IMG/VR virus record: IMGVR_UViG_3300027715_000016
Location: 1 to 44,282 of that record
Direction: 5' to 3' (one strand)
From: a virus
Taxonomy: Duplodnaviria; Caudoviricetes
DNA length: 44,282 bases
Position numbers and translations under genes: made by a program. Below are positions 20,033 to 30,465 of the stretch, piece after piece. The stretch's first letter is position 1. Each line of letters begins with the position of its first letter. Below the pieces are notes generated by a model. The model was not told the DNA's origin. It saw nothing but the letters and a program-made list of their open reading frames with translations, and ran no database searches.

Positions 20033-20932
20033 TTATTCATAATAACTAATTAAACCATTTTTATATAAATCTTTACCACTATTAACATCGCCTATTTCTA
20101 CCCAATTAAATGTTACATTTGCAATACCCATACCTATTTCAGAATAATAAGTAGAACCGATATTCCCATCTAATTGAATTAACCATATATTTCCGTTAAA
20201 ATCTTTTAGTATTTTTGCATTTTTGTTTTTTAAGAATTCTTTTATATTACTTAATCTGTTTACTGTTTCTAATCTATCTATATTAGAACTACTGTCAAAT
20301 ACAATAACATCTCCTGATAGATTACCTCTCTCATAATTTATATTTCCATTTTGAACTAATATAGGATATTTACTTCCATAAGGATTATAAACTGCACTTA
20401 AATTTACTCTCTCATTACTTGCATATTTTACATTCTCACTAAATTTATAAGATTTTTCATTATCTGTTATAAACACACCATAGAACTGAGATTTTATTTC
20501 ACTTACTGAATATTCACCTTCTATATTACCAATTACAGGAACTATAGCATATTCATATTCTATTTCGCTTTGGTTAGTAAAATCATTTTTTGTAAAGTCA
20601 ACATCTTCAACAGAGTTAACAGGTACATCAAATAATGTAATCCAGTTAAAAGTACCTTTTATTCTTCTCTTTACTCTTATTGAACTTATTTCAGATATTA
20701 CATAATCAATATTACCAGCATTAATAGAATTATCAAAATCTGCATTTAATTTTGTACTTAAAGTCCACTCTAATGGTATTACATTAGTATAAGAAAAAGA
20801 CACATCTTTAGTTACGTTAAAATGGTCATATATTCCATTTTCTATTTTTATATTAGTTAAATTAGTTAAATTACTTGGAGTAGGTTGGGCAGAATAAGCG
20901 TCTCTTAAAAAATTATAACCTAAAAATATCAT
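20033..20932 (-). CDS. tail/baseplate structural protein
   Basis: 299 aa; YEYAIVPV, KILKDFNG.IW, FNWVEIGD; tail module context. Confidence 0.6.
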   Translation of the reverse strand: MIFLGYNFLRDAYSAQPTPSNLTNLTNIKIENGIYDHFNVTKDVSFSYTNVIPLEWTLSTKLNADFDNSINAGNIDYVISEISSIRVKRRIKGTFNWITLFDVPVNSVEDVDFTKNDFTNQSEIEYEYAIVPVIGNIEGEYSVSEIKSQFYGVFITDNEKSYKFSENVKYASNERVNLSAVYNPYGSKYPILVQNGNINYERGNLSGDVIVFDSSSNIDRLETVNRLSNIKEFLKNKNAKILKDFNGNIWLIQLDGNIGSTYYSEIGMGIANVTFNWVEIGDVNSGKDLYKNGLISYYE

Positions 20933-20953
20933 CTAATCTACCTCTCTTCTTTT

Positions 20954-21949
20954 TTATAAATAAGCACATACTGCTTTTAATGTTGTAGTACCTATTGTAC
21001 TTTTGAATCCAACCGAAGATTGACCTGTAACTGCAGTCATTGCTAATAAATAATAAGGCGTTTTCGTAGTTATCTCTATAATTTTAGATTTATATTGTTT
21101 TTCACTTATAGATATACTTGCATTTCCACTTGAAACTCTTGCAAATGATGTGAAATCAATATCAGTTTGTGAGTTATTAGTTGTTGACAAAGTTGTTTGG
21201 CATTGCGCTTGTGTTCCTGAGTTTATAGCCCCTTCAGCGATTAAATCATATATTATATTCCAACACCCAATTGGTACATCTATTTTAAATGCTCCTATAT
21301 TATACCAAATATTAACTGTTGGATTGGATTGTATTAATCCAACAGTGTCTTTAATTATAACACTCCATTTATCTGGACTTAATGGAAATCCATAAGGTGT
21401 TTTTTGCGTGCTAAAATGCACATTTGTTATTGCAGCAGATACCAAAGTATAATCTGTTCCACCATATAAAGTCATTGTAGTCGATGTTATCCCCACTAAT
21501 ATAAAATATTTTGTAGTTGTTTGAGTTAATTTTATTTTCATTCCCAAACTTAATATTGTTGTTAAATCTATATCAGTAGCAACTGTATAATTTGGTGTAT
21601 CAGAACTAGAATATGTTAACGTAGCACCTGTTAAAGTATTCCAACCCGAAAATAGTTGATTTAAAAAATCAGTATCTATTCCATCTAATGTATTGAATTT
21701 ATCTTGTATGTTTGTAGTTAAATTATTTAAATAACCTATTTCCGTCCCTGAAACATCGCCTATTGTAGTATCAGCAGGTAATGTAGGAGTTCCAGTAAAA
21801 ATAGGACTTGCTAAATCAGCTTTATTATCATATAATGCATTAACAGAAGTTTTAATTTCGTTTGCATCTTCAGCCCTAAGTTTATATTTTGGTTCTACTA
21901 AAGGTTTGTCATTTAATGTTTCTTTATCTACGTATGTTATTTTTGCCAT
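20954..21949 (-). CDS. tail fibre-like structural protein (likely start MAKITY at 21949)
   Basis: AGGAGG RBS before 21949; KADLASPIFTGTP fibre motif. Confidence 0.65.
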   Translation of the reverse strand: MAKITYVDKETLNDKPLVEPKYKLRAEDANEIKTSVNALYDNKADLASPIFTGTPTLPADTTIGDVSGTEIGYLNNLTTNIQDKFNTLDGIDTDFLNQLFSGWNTLTGATLTYSSSDTPNYTVATDIDLTTILSLGMKIKLTQTTTKYFILVGITSTTMTLYGGTDYTLVSAAITNVHFSTQKTPYGFPLSPDKWSVIIKDTVGLIQSNPTVNIWYNIGAFKIDVPIGCWNIIYDLIAEGAINSGTQAQCQTTLSTTNNSQTDIDFTSFARVSSGNASISISEKQYKSKIIEITTKTPYYLLAMTAVTGQSSVGFKSTIGTTTLKAVCAYL

Positions 21950-21965
21950 ATTATAACCTCCTTTT

Positions 21966-23114
21966 TTATTCTGTAAATGGTGCATCAAATTCCATTTCAA
22001 AAATATTGTCACCAGTTACCGCTATATTTGTTATATTTTCTATTTTTAAATCAAATAAATTATTACTTCTCCTTAACCATATAAATACTGTATCAATTTT
22101 TAAAGGAGATTCTATGATATTACTATGAATTACATAAGGTGAACTATTATTAGTCCAACATCTTAATAAAAGCTGAACACCATATATAGGCTCAGGGTCT
22201 GATTCTAATTGTTGTTCTATGTATTTTAATTCCATTTTATTAAGATTGTTTTCGTTATTTAAATTATTACTTAAAGTTATTATTGTTTCATTTTTATTAA
22301 AATGACTTCCCCATGCCCTCATAGTTAAATCGTCTTTTATATTATATCCTTGTAACCACTGAACCCAAGAACTTAAACTAGTTAAATCTACTGAGCTATC
22401 TCCATAAATAGGCGGTGTTGGATTAGATGTTCCATCTATAGCAACTATATTAGAACTTATTTGTATATTTCCTGTTTCACATTGATTTTCTAATCCTGCA
22501 ATTGAAAATAAAAAAGGACTAATATATCTTACAGTAAAAACTATTAAGCCACTTGTCATAGAAGTTCCTTCTATTGTTGTTCCTATTAATTCAATATAAT
22601 ATTGCGTATTATTACTAAAACCTAAAAATGAATACTCTATACTTTCAGTATATAATATATCTGATTGAGACAATATATTTTCGTTAGTATCATATAATAT
22701 AAATTTATAACCATTAATTAATTCGCCTTCTATTTGAGAATAATTTCCTGTAAATTTATAAGTAGATTGTTCTATTATATCATCAGGATTTACATTTGTT
22801 ATTGTTAATAAAGGTGTTGTAAAACATCTAAAAGCTACTGGTATACTAGGTGTACTTTCAACTCCACTAAAATTTAATGTAGTTAAAGTTGCATTATAGT
22901 ATCCACCATTAGTTAATGTTCCAGCTGGAATTGTATGTTCAAATTTATAAGTATATTGGATTTGATTATATATTGTTGCACCAGTTTGGTTGTTTTTTAT
23001 TAATAGTCTATTTCCTACTACTTGGTCTCCTCCTATTAAAGAAAAAGATATTATATTTGAATCTGTTGAGTCAAAAGCGACTATTTGATTCAATACTGGT
23101 TGTGTTAAAGCCAT
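21966..23114 (-). CDS. structural protein with Ig/FN3-like domains
   Basis: 382 aa, beta-rich, GGAGGTG RBS, tail module. Confidence 0.6.
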   Translation of the reverse strand: MALTQPVLNQIVAFDSTDSNIISFSLIGGDQVVGNRLLIKNNQTGATIYNQIQYTYKFEHTIPAGTLTNGGYYNATLTTLNFSGVESTPSIPVAFRCFTTPLLTITNVNPDDIIEQSTYKFTGNYSQIEGELINGYKFILYDTNENILSQSDILYTESIEYSFLGFSNNTQYYIELIGTTIEGTSMTSGLIVFTVRYISPFLFSIAGLENQCETGNIQISSNIVAIDGTSNPTPPIYGDSSVDLTSLSSWVQWLQGYNIKDDLTMRAWGSHFNKNETIITLSNNLNNENNLNKMELKYIEQQLESDPEPIYGVQLLLRCWTNNSSPYVIHSNIIESPLKIDTVFIWLRRSNNLFDLKIENITNIAVTGDNIFEMEFDAPFTE

Positions 23115-23125
23115 TTAATCACCTC

Positions 23126-24523
23126 CTATGTTATGCCAACTATTATGCCGTTTTTTACTGATATAGTTTTCCCATCTTGACTTTGAAAACTTCCTGTTGC
23201 ACCTATGCTACCATCAACACTTTTATATCCTGTTACTGGTGTTATATATCCAGATATCATTGAGTTTTGTCTATTTTCAAATCTTGAATTTGTCGAATTC
23301 CAAACTAATATATCATTATTAATTAAATCTGTTGTGTGCACATCAGATAATTCTGTTAAATCATTATATATTTGTATCTTTACGAAAATAGCTCCATTAG
23401 AACTATGTTTTCTTAATACTACACCTAAACATACTTTTGTCAATGGAGATACTGGTAAAACGTTTGTTATACTTCCATTTTCTCCAAGAAATATTTCTTG
23501 TCCTTCTTCAAAAGCATAAGTATTTATTCCATTTACAACACCTTGAGTACATATAAAACCATTTTCATTTGCAGTTAAATCTTCTGTTGCAATACCTATA
23601 GTGCATTTTGCAATATCATGTAAAGAAGCGCTTGCTAACTTAATACTTGGATTAGAACCTGTTGCACCACTTACATAAACAGCTTTGCCATTTAATATAG
23701 TAAATGTTTCTTTATTTGTTGCTCTTAATAATATTTCTTGTCCTAATTGCATAGTAACATCGGTAGATAATTTTAAATCTAATGTTTTATCTGTATTGTT
23801 CCATCTTAATTCCCCAGGATTAACTAATGTTTGAGTATTTGATACATTGAATTTTAATTTATCTATATTAGAATTAACACCATTTAAATCAATCTTTACA
23901 GATAAATCTTGGTCTCCCGTATTAGAACCACTCGTGTTTGCTAATCTAGTTTTTTCAACTGCTGTATAAACTTTATTAGTAGTCCCATCTGTTATCATAT
24001 CTGCATTTAAAGTTTTCCATTCCATATCAAAATCATCATTTGTTTTTTTTACCAATGATTGACCTGTTGTTCCGCCTGGAATTTGACCTGTCATAGATTG
24101 AACTATAGCTATTTCTTCATTAAGTTGAGATATTATATCATTTATTATACTTATTTCTTCAGGAGTAGGTATTACGCCTACCCCTAAATTATTTTCTATT
24201 AATATATTTGTTATAAATTCTGATATTGTATATATTTCTTCTCCAGAAATATATGTTAAACTCAAACTAGCATAACCTGAATAATTAAGAAATTCATTTG
24301 GAACTAAATAAGTTGCTTTACTATTTATTATAGTCAATAATTGTTCATATATATCATTGTTAGAGTTTTTAAACGTTAATTTAATATTTTGCCCATCTGT
24401 AACAGTGTCTTTTATATAAAAACTTAACTGAGTTGATATATTATCATCTTTTACAAATACCATTTTTGGATATTCTAAATTATCTTCTATAAAACTAGCT
24501 ATTATATTATAATTTTTTATCAT
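23126..24523 (-). CDS. baseplate upper/fibre protein (BppU-like N-terminus)
   Basis: 465 aa; FVKDD..T.L.F N-terminus, GGTTGQ.LVK linker, C-terminal NGxAVYxSG..IG.ATEDL domain. Confidence 0.55.
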   Translation of the reverse strand: MIKNYNIIASFIEDNLEYPKMVFVKDDNISTQLSFYIKDTVTDGQNIKLTFKNSNNDIYEQLLTIINSKATYLVPNEFLNYSGYASLSLTYISGEEIYTISEFITNILIENNLGVGVIPTPEEISIINDIISQLNEEIAIVQSMTGQIPGGTTGQSLVKKTNDDFDMEWKTLNADMITDGTTNKVYTAVEKTRLANTSGSNTGDQDLSVKIDLNGVNSNIDKLKFNVSNTQTLVNPGELRWNNTDKTLDLKLSTDVTMQLGQEILLRATNKETFTILNGKAVYVSGATGSNPSIKLASASLHDIAKCTIGIATEDLTANENGFICTQGVVNGINTYAFEEGQEIFLGENGSITNVLPVSPLTKVCLGVVLRKHSSNGAIFVKIQIYNDLTELSDVHTTDLINNDILVWNSTNSRFENRQNSMISGYITPVTGYKSVDGSIGATGSFQSQDGKTISVKNGIIVGIT

Positions 24524-24544
24524 ATTTACACCTCCTGAAATTTA

Positions 24545-27500
24545 TTAACTATATGAGGCTCCTAAATTATCATGAGCCATTTCAATTAATACTTCTATTA
24601 TTCCTGGTTCTACCGTTGGATTATTACCGCCATCTAAAGCAACTCTAGATAATGAAAATCCTATTATATTATTTCTATCTATATTTGTTCCAGGTATAGA
24701 TATTACAGTTTCTTTTATTTCGCCTGAATTAGTAGGGATATTAACATCTCCACTTTTTACAGTTCCTGTGTATTGTGGTACAGCTAAAGTGCCTCCACCA
24801 TCTTTTGCAATTGTAGACCATTGAACTTGCCATTGAACTTCACCGCTATTAGTAGCATAGTTCTCTAAACAAACCCACAATATTTTTACGTTAATATTAC
24901 TATATTGGATTCTTCTTAAATCAGATATATCTGTAAAAACACTTGTATCTCCTATTGTATATTTTTCGTAATCAACATAACCAGTTATTTCACTTGTTGG
25001 TGGTATACTACTCACTTCTAATGCTTTTCCAGATATTTTTCTTGTTGTATTATAGAAACGAGAAGTTCCATTAAAAGTTAAAGAACCATTAGTGTTTATC
25101 AGCAAGTTATTCGTTGAACCACCAATTACTGCGCTTGTAACTCCTATTTTTCCAAAATAATCTATGTAAGCTTTTGTTTCAGTTGCGTTTCTAATACGTA
25201 AAGAATAACCATTCCATACTGAATAAGTTGCATTTATAGTTGGTAGAACAGAATTTGTGCTTGTTATTGTTGTTGGAGTTTCATACATTTCTATTTGTGG
25301 TAATGTAATAGGTGTATAAACTGGCATAGCTAACGGATAATATACTGTTACATTATTGCTTGCTAAAAAGTTTTTAAAATCAGTAACTGTGTATGTTGTA
25401 CTAGTTGTCCTAAAAGCTAACACTCCTGAAGCATTCACAACCGAAACCAAATTTTTATAACCTGTTGTTGTAGTTGTATTATTTGCAAGACTAACACCCA
25501 AGAATTTATCTGAGTAACAACAGACTTGATTAAAATCACTTATTTTTATTAATGTATTTGTATATGCAAATCTTTTATAACCATCTGTAGAATTAGTAAG
25601 TGAAGAATATGTTTCACTACCATTTAAAACAAATTTATCTATTTTTTTAATTAAATAATTACCGCTTTGTAATCCATAAGGTTGTATATCTGTAGCAACA
25701 GTTCCAGCTTCTAATTGAGTATTATTAATACTATAAGTATAAACAGCAAATCTTGTATATACTGCATTATCAGGAACACTAAAGCTCATAAATGATTTAT
25801 CTCCACCATATGCAGTACCTGATATAAATACTTTATCTATATCATAAAAACAAAGTGCTGCTGAAGTACCAGTGACTGGAGATAAAGTAATATCATTTAA
25901 ATTTGATATATCTATATAATCTGATATATACCACCCAGCGAGAGTAACTTCTTGTCCTAAATTATTAAGATATTTACCCGAAGTAATAGTTGTTTTATTA
26001 TACAAATTCTTACCACCTACTACATAATCATAAGTATCAACAGTTAAATTAGGTAAACTACCACCTATGTAGCCACTTGGTAATGTTATAGGGTACTCTG
26101 CACCTTGATATGGTTCATATGCTGTTGCTGTTGTGTTTTGTTCAAATTGGATTTTAATTTTGTAATTATTATATACGATTCCAGCAGCATTAAAACTTAG
26201 AAATACACCTCTTGACAACAAACTTGATGAAAAACCTGTGCCTAATGGAGTTCCAGCAGTTAAAGTTTGAGTTCCTGATGAACTAGAATTGAAATTAAAG
26301 TTAAATAAATAACCAGTTGGGTATGTGGTTACACCAGAAGTATCTAATGAACCAATTGCCATAGAAGCAACCGATGCTGTACCTGAAATAATACTCCTAG
26401 ACAATGTATAATTTAATCCATTAGCCATAATAATTCTATTCTTTACGCTTGGGAAACCAGAAGCAATTTGTCCTGACAATGAGATTGTTCCGCTTCCTGT
26501 AGATGTTCCATTTAAAGTTATTGTTCCATCAATAGATGTTGTACATGTAACTCCATTTACAGTAACAGTGCCAATCGCTAAATCAAACATATTCTTTCCA
26601 TGTTTTAATAATGTTAAATTATTATTATCTCCAACATTATATATGTTACTTGGATAATCACTACATGGAACATCATAAACACTATATGTTTTTAAATCAT
26701 TATTCACAAATCTCGAAACATCTATATTGTAGTTATTTGTAGCTTCAGTTGTAGTAACAGACCTGTTATATATCCTAAAACTATTTATAGTACTAGGTAA
26801 ATATAAACTAAATACATTATTAGAATTATATACACCTAAATATATTTTATCAGTTAAAATAACAGAGTTTAAAGCTGTTATAAAAGAACCGTTATCTTGA
26901 GAAGTTGGAGTATATTCAACATTATTTACATATGCCTTTATTTGGTCACTAGTTCTTTTAATTACTATATTATAATTAGTATTTACTATGTATGTTCCTA
27001 TTTGCCACCTAATCCCGTCTACTGGGGCATTTGAACCTAATGTAATATAACCCGTGCTCCTAAAAAATAAGAATAGCTTACCTGTCGTTTCACCTAAACT
27101 GTATACAATATAACTACCTATCACACTTGGTGATTTTATATTAATCTCAATAGTAAAATCTGAACTAAAAATATTAGGATTATCTAAAACAACATAATCA
27201 TTTGTACCATCAAATTTTAGTCCGTTACTTAACCATCCACTTGTACTATTATAATTAAAGTTTGTTAATGTACCATTTTTAGCATTACCACTTAAATCTT
27301 TCCAAACTGCTTTATTAGCACTTGTATTTGTATTAGTTAAACTATAATTTTCACTATCTACACCATCATAATGTACAACAAGTCCATTTCTTATATAACC
27401 AGTTTTTATTACTTGAGTACTATTTCCTTCAAAATCATAACTTTTCAAAAATCCACCTGTGCTATTATTAAAAGTAACACTTGTTCCAGATAAAGTTGTT

Positions 27501-30445
27501 TCTGCAGCTTGATATTCACTATCAAGATTTAATTCTTCTGTTCCAGCATACACTCTTTGTGTGTTTAAATCAACGCTTTTAGTTGCGTTAGTATAAGGAA
27601 CATAACTTGTTGTATCATTAACTTGTGCACCTACTTCTATGCCATCTAATTTTGTTTTATCTGTACTAGACATTAAACCATTAGTAGTTTGAGTAACAAC
27701 GTCATTATAAGCTAATACTTTAGGAACACCCCATGTTGTATCTGTTTGACTTGCTTGATAATGCCTTATCTTCATTTCTGATTTATCAAATACTAAAGCA
27801 TTAACTTTCCCTCCACTTACATCTGCATATGTATTCAAAACTAACATGTCTTGATAATCATTATCTGCCGCTCCTGTCATACCACCTAAACTCATAAACG
27901 TACTTTCTGTATTTCCTTTTGTTGTGTCAGCTGGTTTTCTATCTCTATCATCTATTGATTTTATTTTTGTATGAGCATGACTATCATCAACAACACTTAC
28001 ATTTCCACTACCATCAACTGTTATATCTGTTCCACTCTTAATACCACCTAAAGAAGTGCTTGCAACAGGTAAAACATAGTTGTTTGCATTAACAGCTATG
28101 CCATCAAGTTTAGCTTTGTCAGTGCTTGACATAATACCATTGGTAGTTTGCGTAGCGACTGGTTTTAATACATCGGCTGTATTATCACAGTTACCTAATC
28201 CCACTTGAGCTTTTGTAACACTGTGTGGATTATTAGTTAAGAAAGTATGGTCATACGCTGTTTTACCTCTATCTCCTCTATATGCTGTAGATGATGTTTC
28301 TCCTAAAGCTAAAGATTCTGATATTTCAGCATAACCTGTCCCAGTCCATCTATAAGTTCTGTTTGTATCCATTGCTATATATATCTTACCACCTTCTCCG
28401 GTTACTGGGAAAGCAGCTAAATTAGCAAATTCTAAAACATCATCTACAAATGCTGGTAATTGAGACGCTGGCACTTTACCATCAACTAAATCAGCCTTTA
28501 AACCTAATGCTGTATTTGTATCACTTGGTAAATTACCTATTTTTAACTTTTCTGCATCTGTTACGTAATTATCATCTGTTCCTTTTTTAGGTTCATATGT
28601 TGTAGAAGCTGTTCCAGGTGTTAAATAATCAACATCAGCAGTTAAAGCATTTTGTTTATTATTAAAAGTAGTCCAATTAGCACTTGTTAAATAACCATCA
28701 TTTATAGCAGACGCTGCCCCTAACTTAGTTTTTATCGTAGTATTTGTTTCATCTCCTGTATTTACACCACTTGTATTTCCTACAACTATATTTTGAGCCG
28801 CTGTTATATGATAATACTCTGCAATTCCACCACCTTGGAGTCCACTCAAACTGTTATGAGTTGTTGTTGTAGTTTGTGTTATTGTTAAGACATTTCCTTT
28901 TATATCTGATATTGAAGTTATCCTCCAATCATTTCCAGAATATTCAATTACTATTTTAGCAAAGAAAACAAATTCACTAACAAAGTTAGAAACATCTCCT
29001 AGTGTTAAATTAGCAGGTGTTAAACTATTAATTACATCTAACGTACCAATTTGTTGTGGTTGTATAAACATATATCTATATAATTGACTTTGAGTATCAG
29101 CAGTTGTTGGTATTCCAACAACAAAAATAGCTGCGTAGTTATTATTTGTCATTAATGCTTGAGACCAAACACCATTAGTATTTAAATTATAATAAGGTGT
29201 AGAACCACTTACTGGCAATATCTCAGTTGCATTTGTTGTTAAAGTTCTTACAGCTGAACCTGTTAAAGTTCTTTGTGTATACGCCTTAGTTGTTAAAGCA
29301 TTTACTGTGCTTCTTAAATCTTCATCATTTAAAACTAATGCTGTTATATCTGGTCTTCTATTTGCAGGAGTTGTGCTATTAGGTGTGAAATTATTAAAAA
29401 CTCCACCACTTTCTTTATAAGCGCCAATTGTATTATGTAACTCTCTATGAGATTGCCATTGCATAAAACCATGTGTTTCTTTTACTGCTAGATTATTTGT
29501 ACCATATTGTACAAATGCTATTTGTATTTTATCATAAGTCCATGGAACTGTTGAAAATTGAAAAGTACTACCATCGTAATAAAGATAATATGTTCCAGCT
29601 ACATCAGCATGAGCAGGACTTACCCACCCATTTGTTAAAGCAGAAACTAAAACTCCTTTATAATAAGCTTGAAATGTACCAGTTAAAGTAACTTGTCTTG
29701 TTGTAGAATTATAGTTAACTGTTATATTTTCATTATTTGTAAACCCTGTTGGTTCTAAAGTTAACTCTCTTTCGTTTAAAAGAGAAGAAACACTATTATT
29801 TACTGGAGTTATTTGGTCATATAGTAATTTAGCACTTGGATATTGTACATCTGTAGAAGTTCCACTTATACTAGTGACTTTATTCCCAACTGCTTCAAAA
29901 TATGTACTATGTTGTCCATCTAAGAGGTCTGCATCTAATCCAGACCCCGTTCCATCAACTGTTTTTATCTTATTTAAAACATCTAAAGCTGTATAAGAAT
30001 CTACAATAGCTTTATCAGCATCAGTATAATTATTATCTGTATGAACATAATCATTATCAACAATATAATTACCTGCTGGTTGTATTCCTAAATTAGCAAG
30101 ACTTTTGTTTCCTATTAATTCAACATTATTTATAGATGGTTTATTTATAAGGTTTTCATAGTTAATTGCCCCACCACCTACACCTGATGTCTCTATATAA
30201 ATATCAGAAAAGTTATTTAAAGGGGCTTTTGCATATACTATTGTTCCAGGTAATAATTCACTACTACTAGCTCTTAAATCATATTGCTTTCCATTTATTT
30301 GCGCAGTATATAAACCATCTCCCTTATTAGTTATTACTTTTGCCTTATAAGTCTTATCAAATCTTAATTTATCAAGTGTTGGTTCTATATAGTTTTCTAA
30401 TGATTGTAAAATATTTTCTAATCCTCTTTTTTCTTTACTTCCCAA
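24545..30445 (-). CDS. giant modular tail fibre/tail-tip protein (1966 aa) with a LamG/concanavalin-like domain
   Basis: DGxGSGLDADLLDG, GLGNxDNTAD and repeated NGxMSSTDKxKLDGI fibre motifs; WKDLSGN..FDGTNDYV..FRIYNRS LamG-like segment; immediately downstream of the tape measure gene. Confidence 0.75.
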   Translation of the reverse strand: MGSKEKRGLENILQSLENYIEPTLDKLRFDKTYKAKVITNKGDGLYTAQINGKQYDLRASSSELLPGTIVYAKAPLNNFSDIYIETSGVGGGAINYENLINKPSINNVELIGNKSLANLGIQPAGNYIVDNDYVHTDNNYTDADKAIVDSYTALDVLNKIKTVDGTGSGLDADLLDGQHSTYFEAVGNKVTSISGTSTDVQYPSAKLLYDQITPVNNSVSSLLNERELTLEPTGFTNNENITVNYNSTTRQVTLTGTFQAYYKGVLVSALTNGWVSPAHADVAGTYYLYYDGSTFQFSTVPWTYDKIQIAFVQYGTNNLAVKETHGFMQWQSHRELHNTIGAYKESGGVFNNFTPNSTTPANRRPDITALVLNDEDLRSTVNALTTKAYTQRTLTGSAVRTLTTNATEILPVSGSTPYYNLNTNGVWSQALMTNNNYAAIFVVGIPTTADTQSQLYRYMFIQPQQIGTLDVINSLTPANLTLGDVSNFVSEFVFFAKIVIEYSGNDWRITSISDIKGNVLTITQTTTTTHNSLSGLQGGGIAEYYHITAAQNIVVGNTSGVNTGDETNTTIKTKLGAASAINDGYLTSANWTTFNNKQNALTADVDYLTPGTASTTYEPKKGTDDNYVTDAEKLKIGNLPSDTNTALGLKADLVDGKVPASQLPAFVDDVLEFANLAAFPVTGEGGKIYIAMDTNRTYRWTGTGYAEISESLALGETSSTAYRGDRGKTAYDHTFLTNNPHSVTKAQVGLGNCDNTADVLKPVATQTTNGIMSSTDKAKLDGIAVNANNYVLPVASTSLGGIKSGTDITVDGSGNVSVVDDSHAHTKIKSIDDRDRKPADTTKGNTESTFMSLGGMTGAADNDYQDMLVLNTYADVSGGKVNALVFDKSEMKIRHYQASQTDTTWGVPKVLAYNDVVTQTTNGLMSSTDKTKLDGIEVGAQVNDTTSYVPYTNATKSVDLNTQRVYAGTEELNLDSEYQAAETTLSGTSVTFNNSTGGFLKSYDFEGNSTQVIKTGYIRNGLVVHYDGVDSENYSLTNTNTSANKAVWKDLSGNAKNGTLTNFNYNSTSGWLSNGLKFDGTNDYVVLDNPNIFSSDFTIEINIKSPSVIGSYIVYSLGETTGKLFLFFRSTGYITLGSNAPVDGIRWQIGTYIVNTNYNIVIKRTSDQIKAYVNNVEYTPTSQDNGSFITALNSVILTDKIYLGVYNSNNVFSLYLPSTINSFRIYNRSVTTTEATNNYNIDVSRFVNNDLKTYSVYDVPCSDYPSNIYNVGDNNNLTLLKHGKNMFDLAIGTVTVNGVTCTTSIDGTITLNGTSTGSGTISLSGQIASGFPSVKNRIIMANGLNYTLSRSIISGTASVASMAIGSLDTSGVTTYPTGYLFNFNFNSSSSGTQTLTAGTPLGTGFSSSLLSRGVFLSFNAAGIVYNNYKIKIQFEQNTTATAYEPYQGAEYPITLPSGYIGGSLPNLTVDTYDYVVGGKNLYNKTTITSGKYLNNLGQEVTLAGWYISDYIDISNLNDITLSPVTGTSAALCFYDIDKVFISGTAYGGDKSFMSFSVPDNAVYTRFAVYTYSINNTQLEAGTVATDIQPYGLQSGNYLIKKIDKFVLNGSETYSSLTNSTDGYKRFAYTNTLIKISDFNQVCCYSDKFLGVSLANNTTTTTGYKNLVSVVNASGVLAFRTTSTTYTVTDFKNFLASNNVTVYYPLAMPVYTPITLPQIEMYETPTTITSTNSVLPTINATYSVWNGYSLRIRNATETKAYIDYFGKIGVTSAVIGGSTNNLLINTNGSLTFNGTSRFYNTTRKISGKALEVSSIPPTSEITGYVDYEKYTIGDTSVFTDISDLRRIQYSNINVKILWVCLENYATNSGEVQWQVQWSTIAKDGGGTLAVPQYTGTVKSGDVNIPTNSGEIKETVISIPGTNIDRNNIIGFSLSRVALDGGNNPTVEPGIIEVLIEMAHDNLGASYS

Positions 30446-30465
30446 AATATCACCCCTTTATTTTT

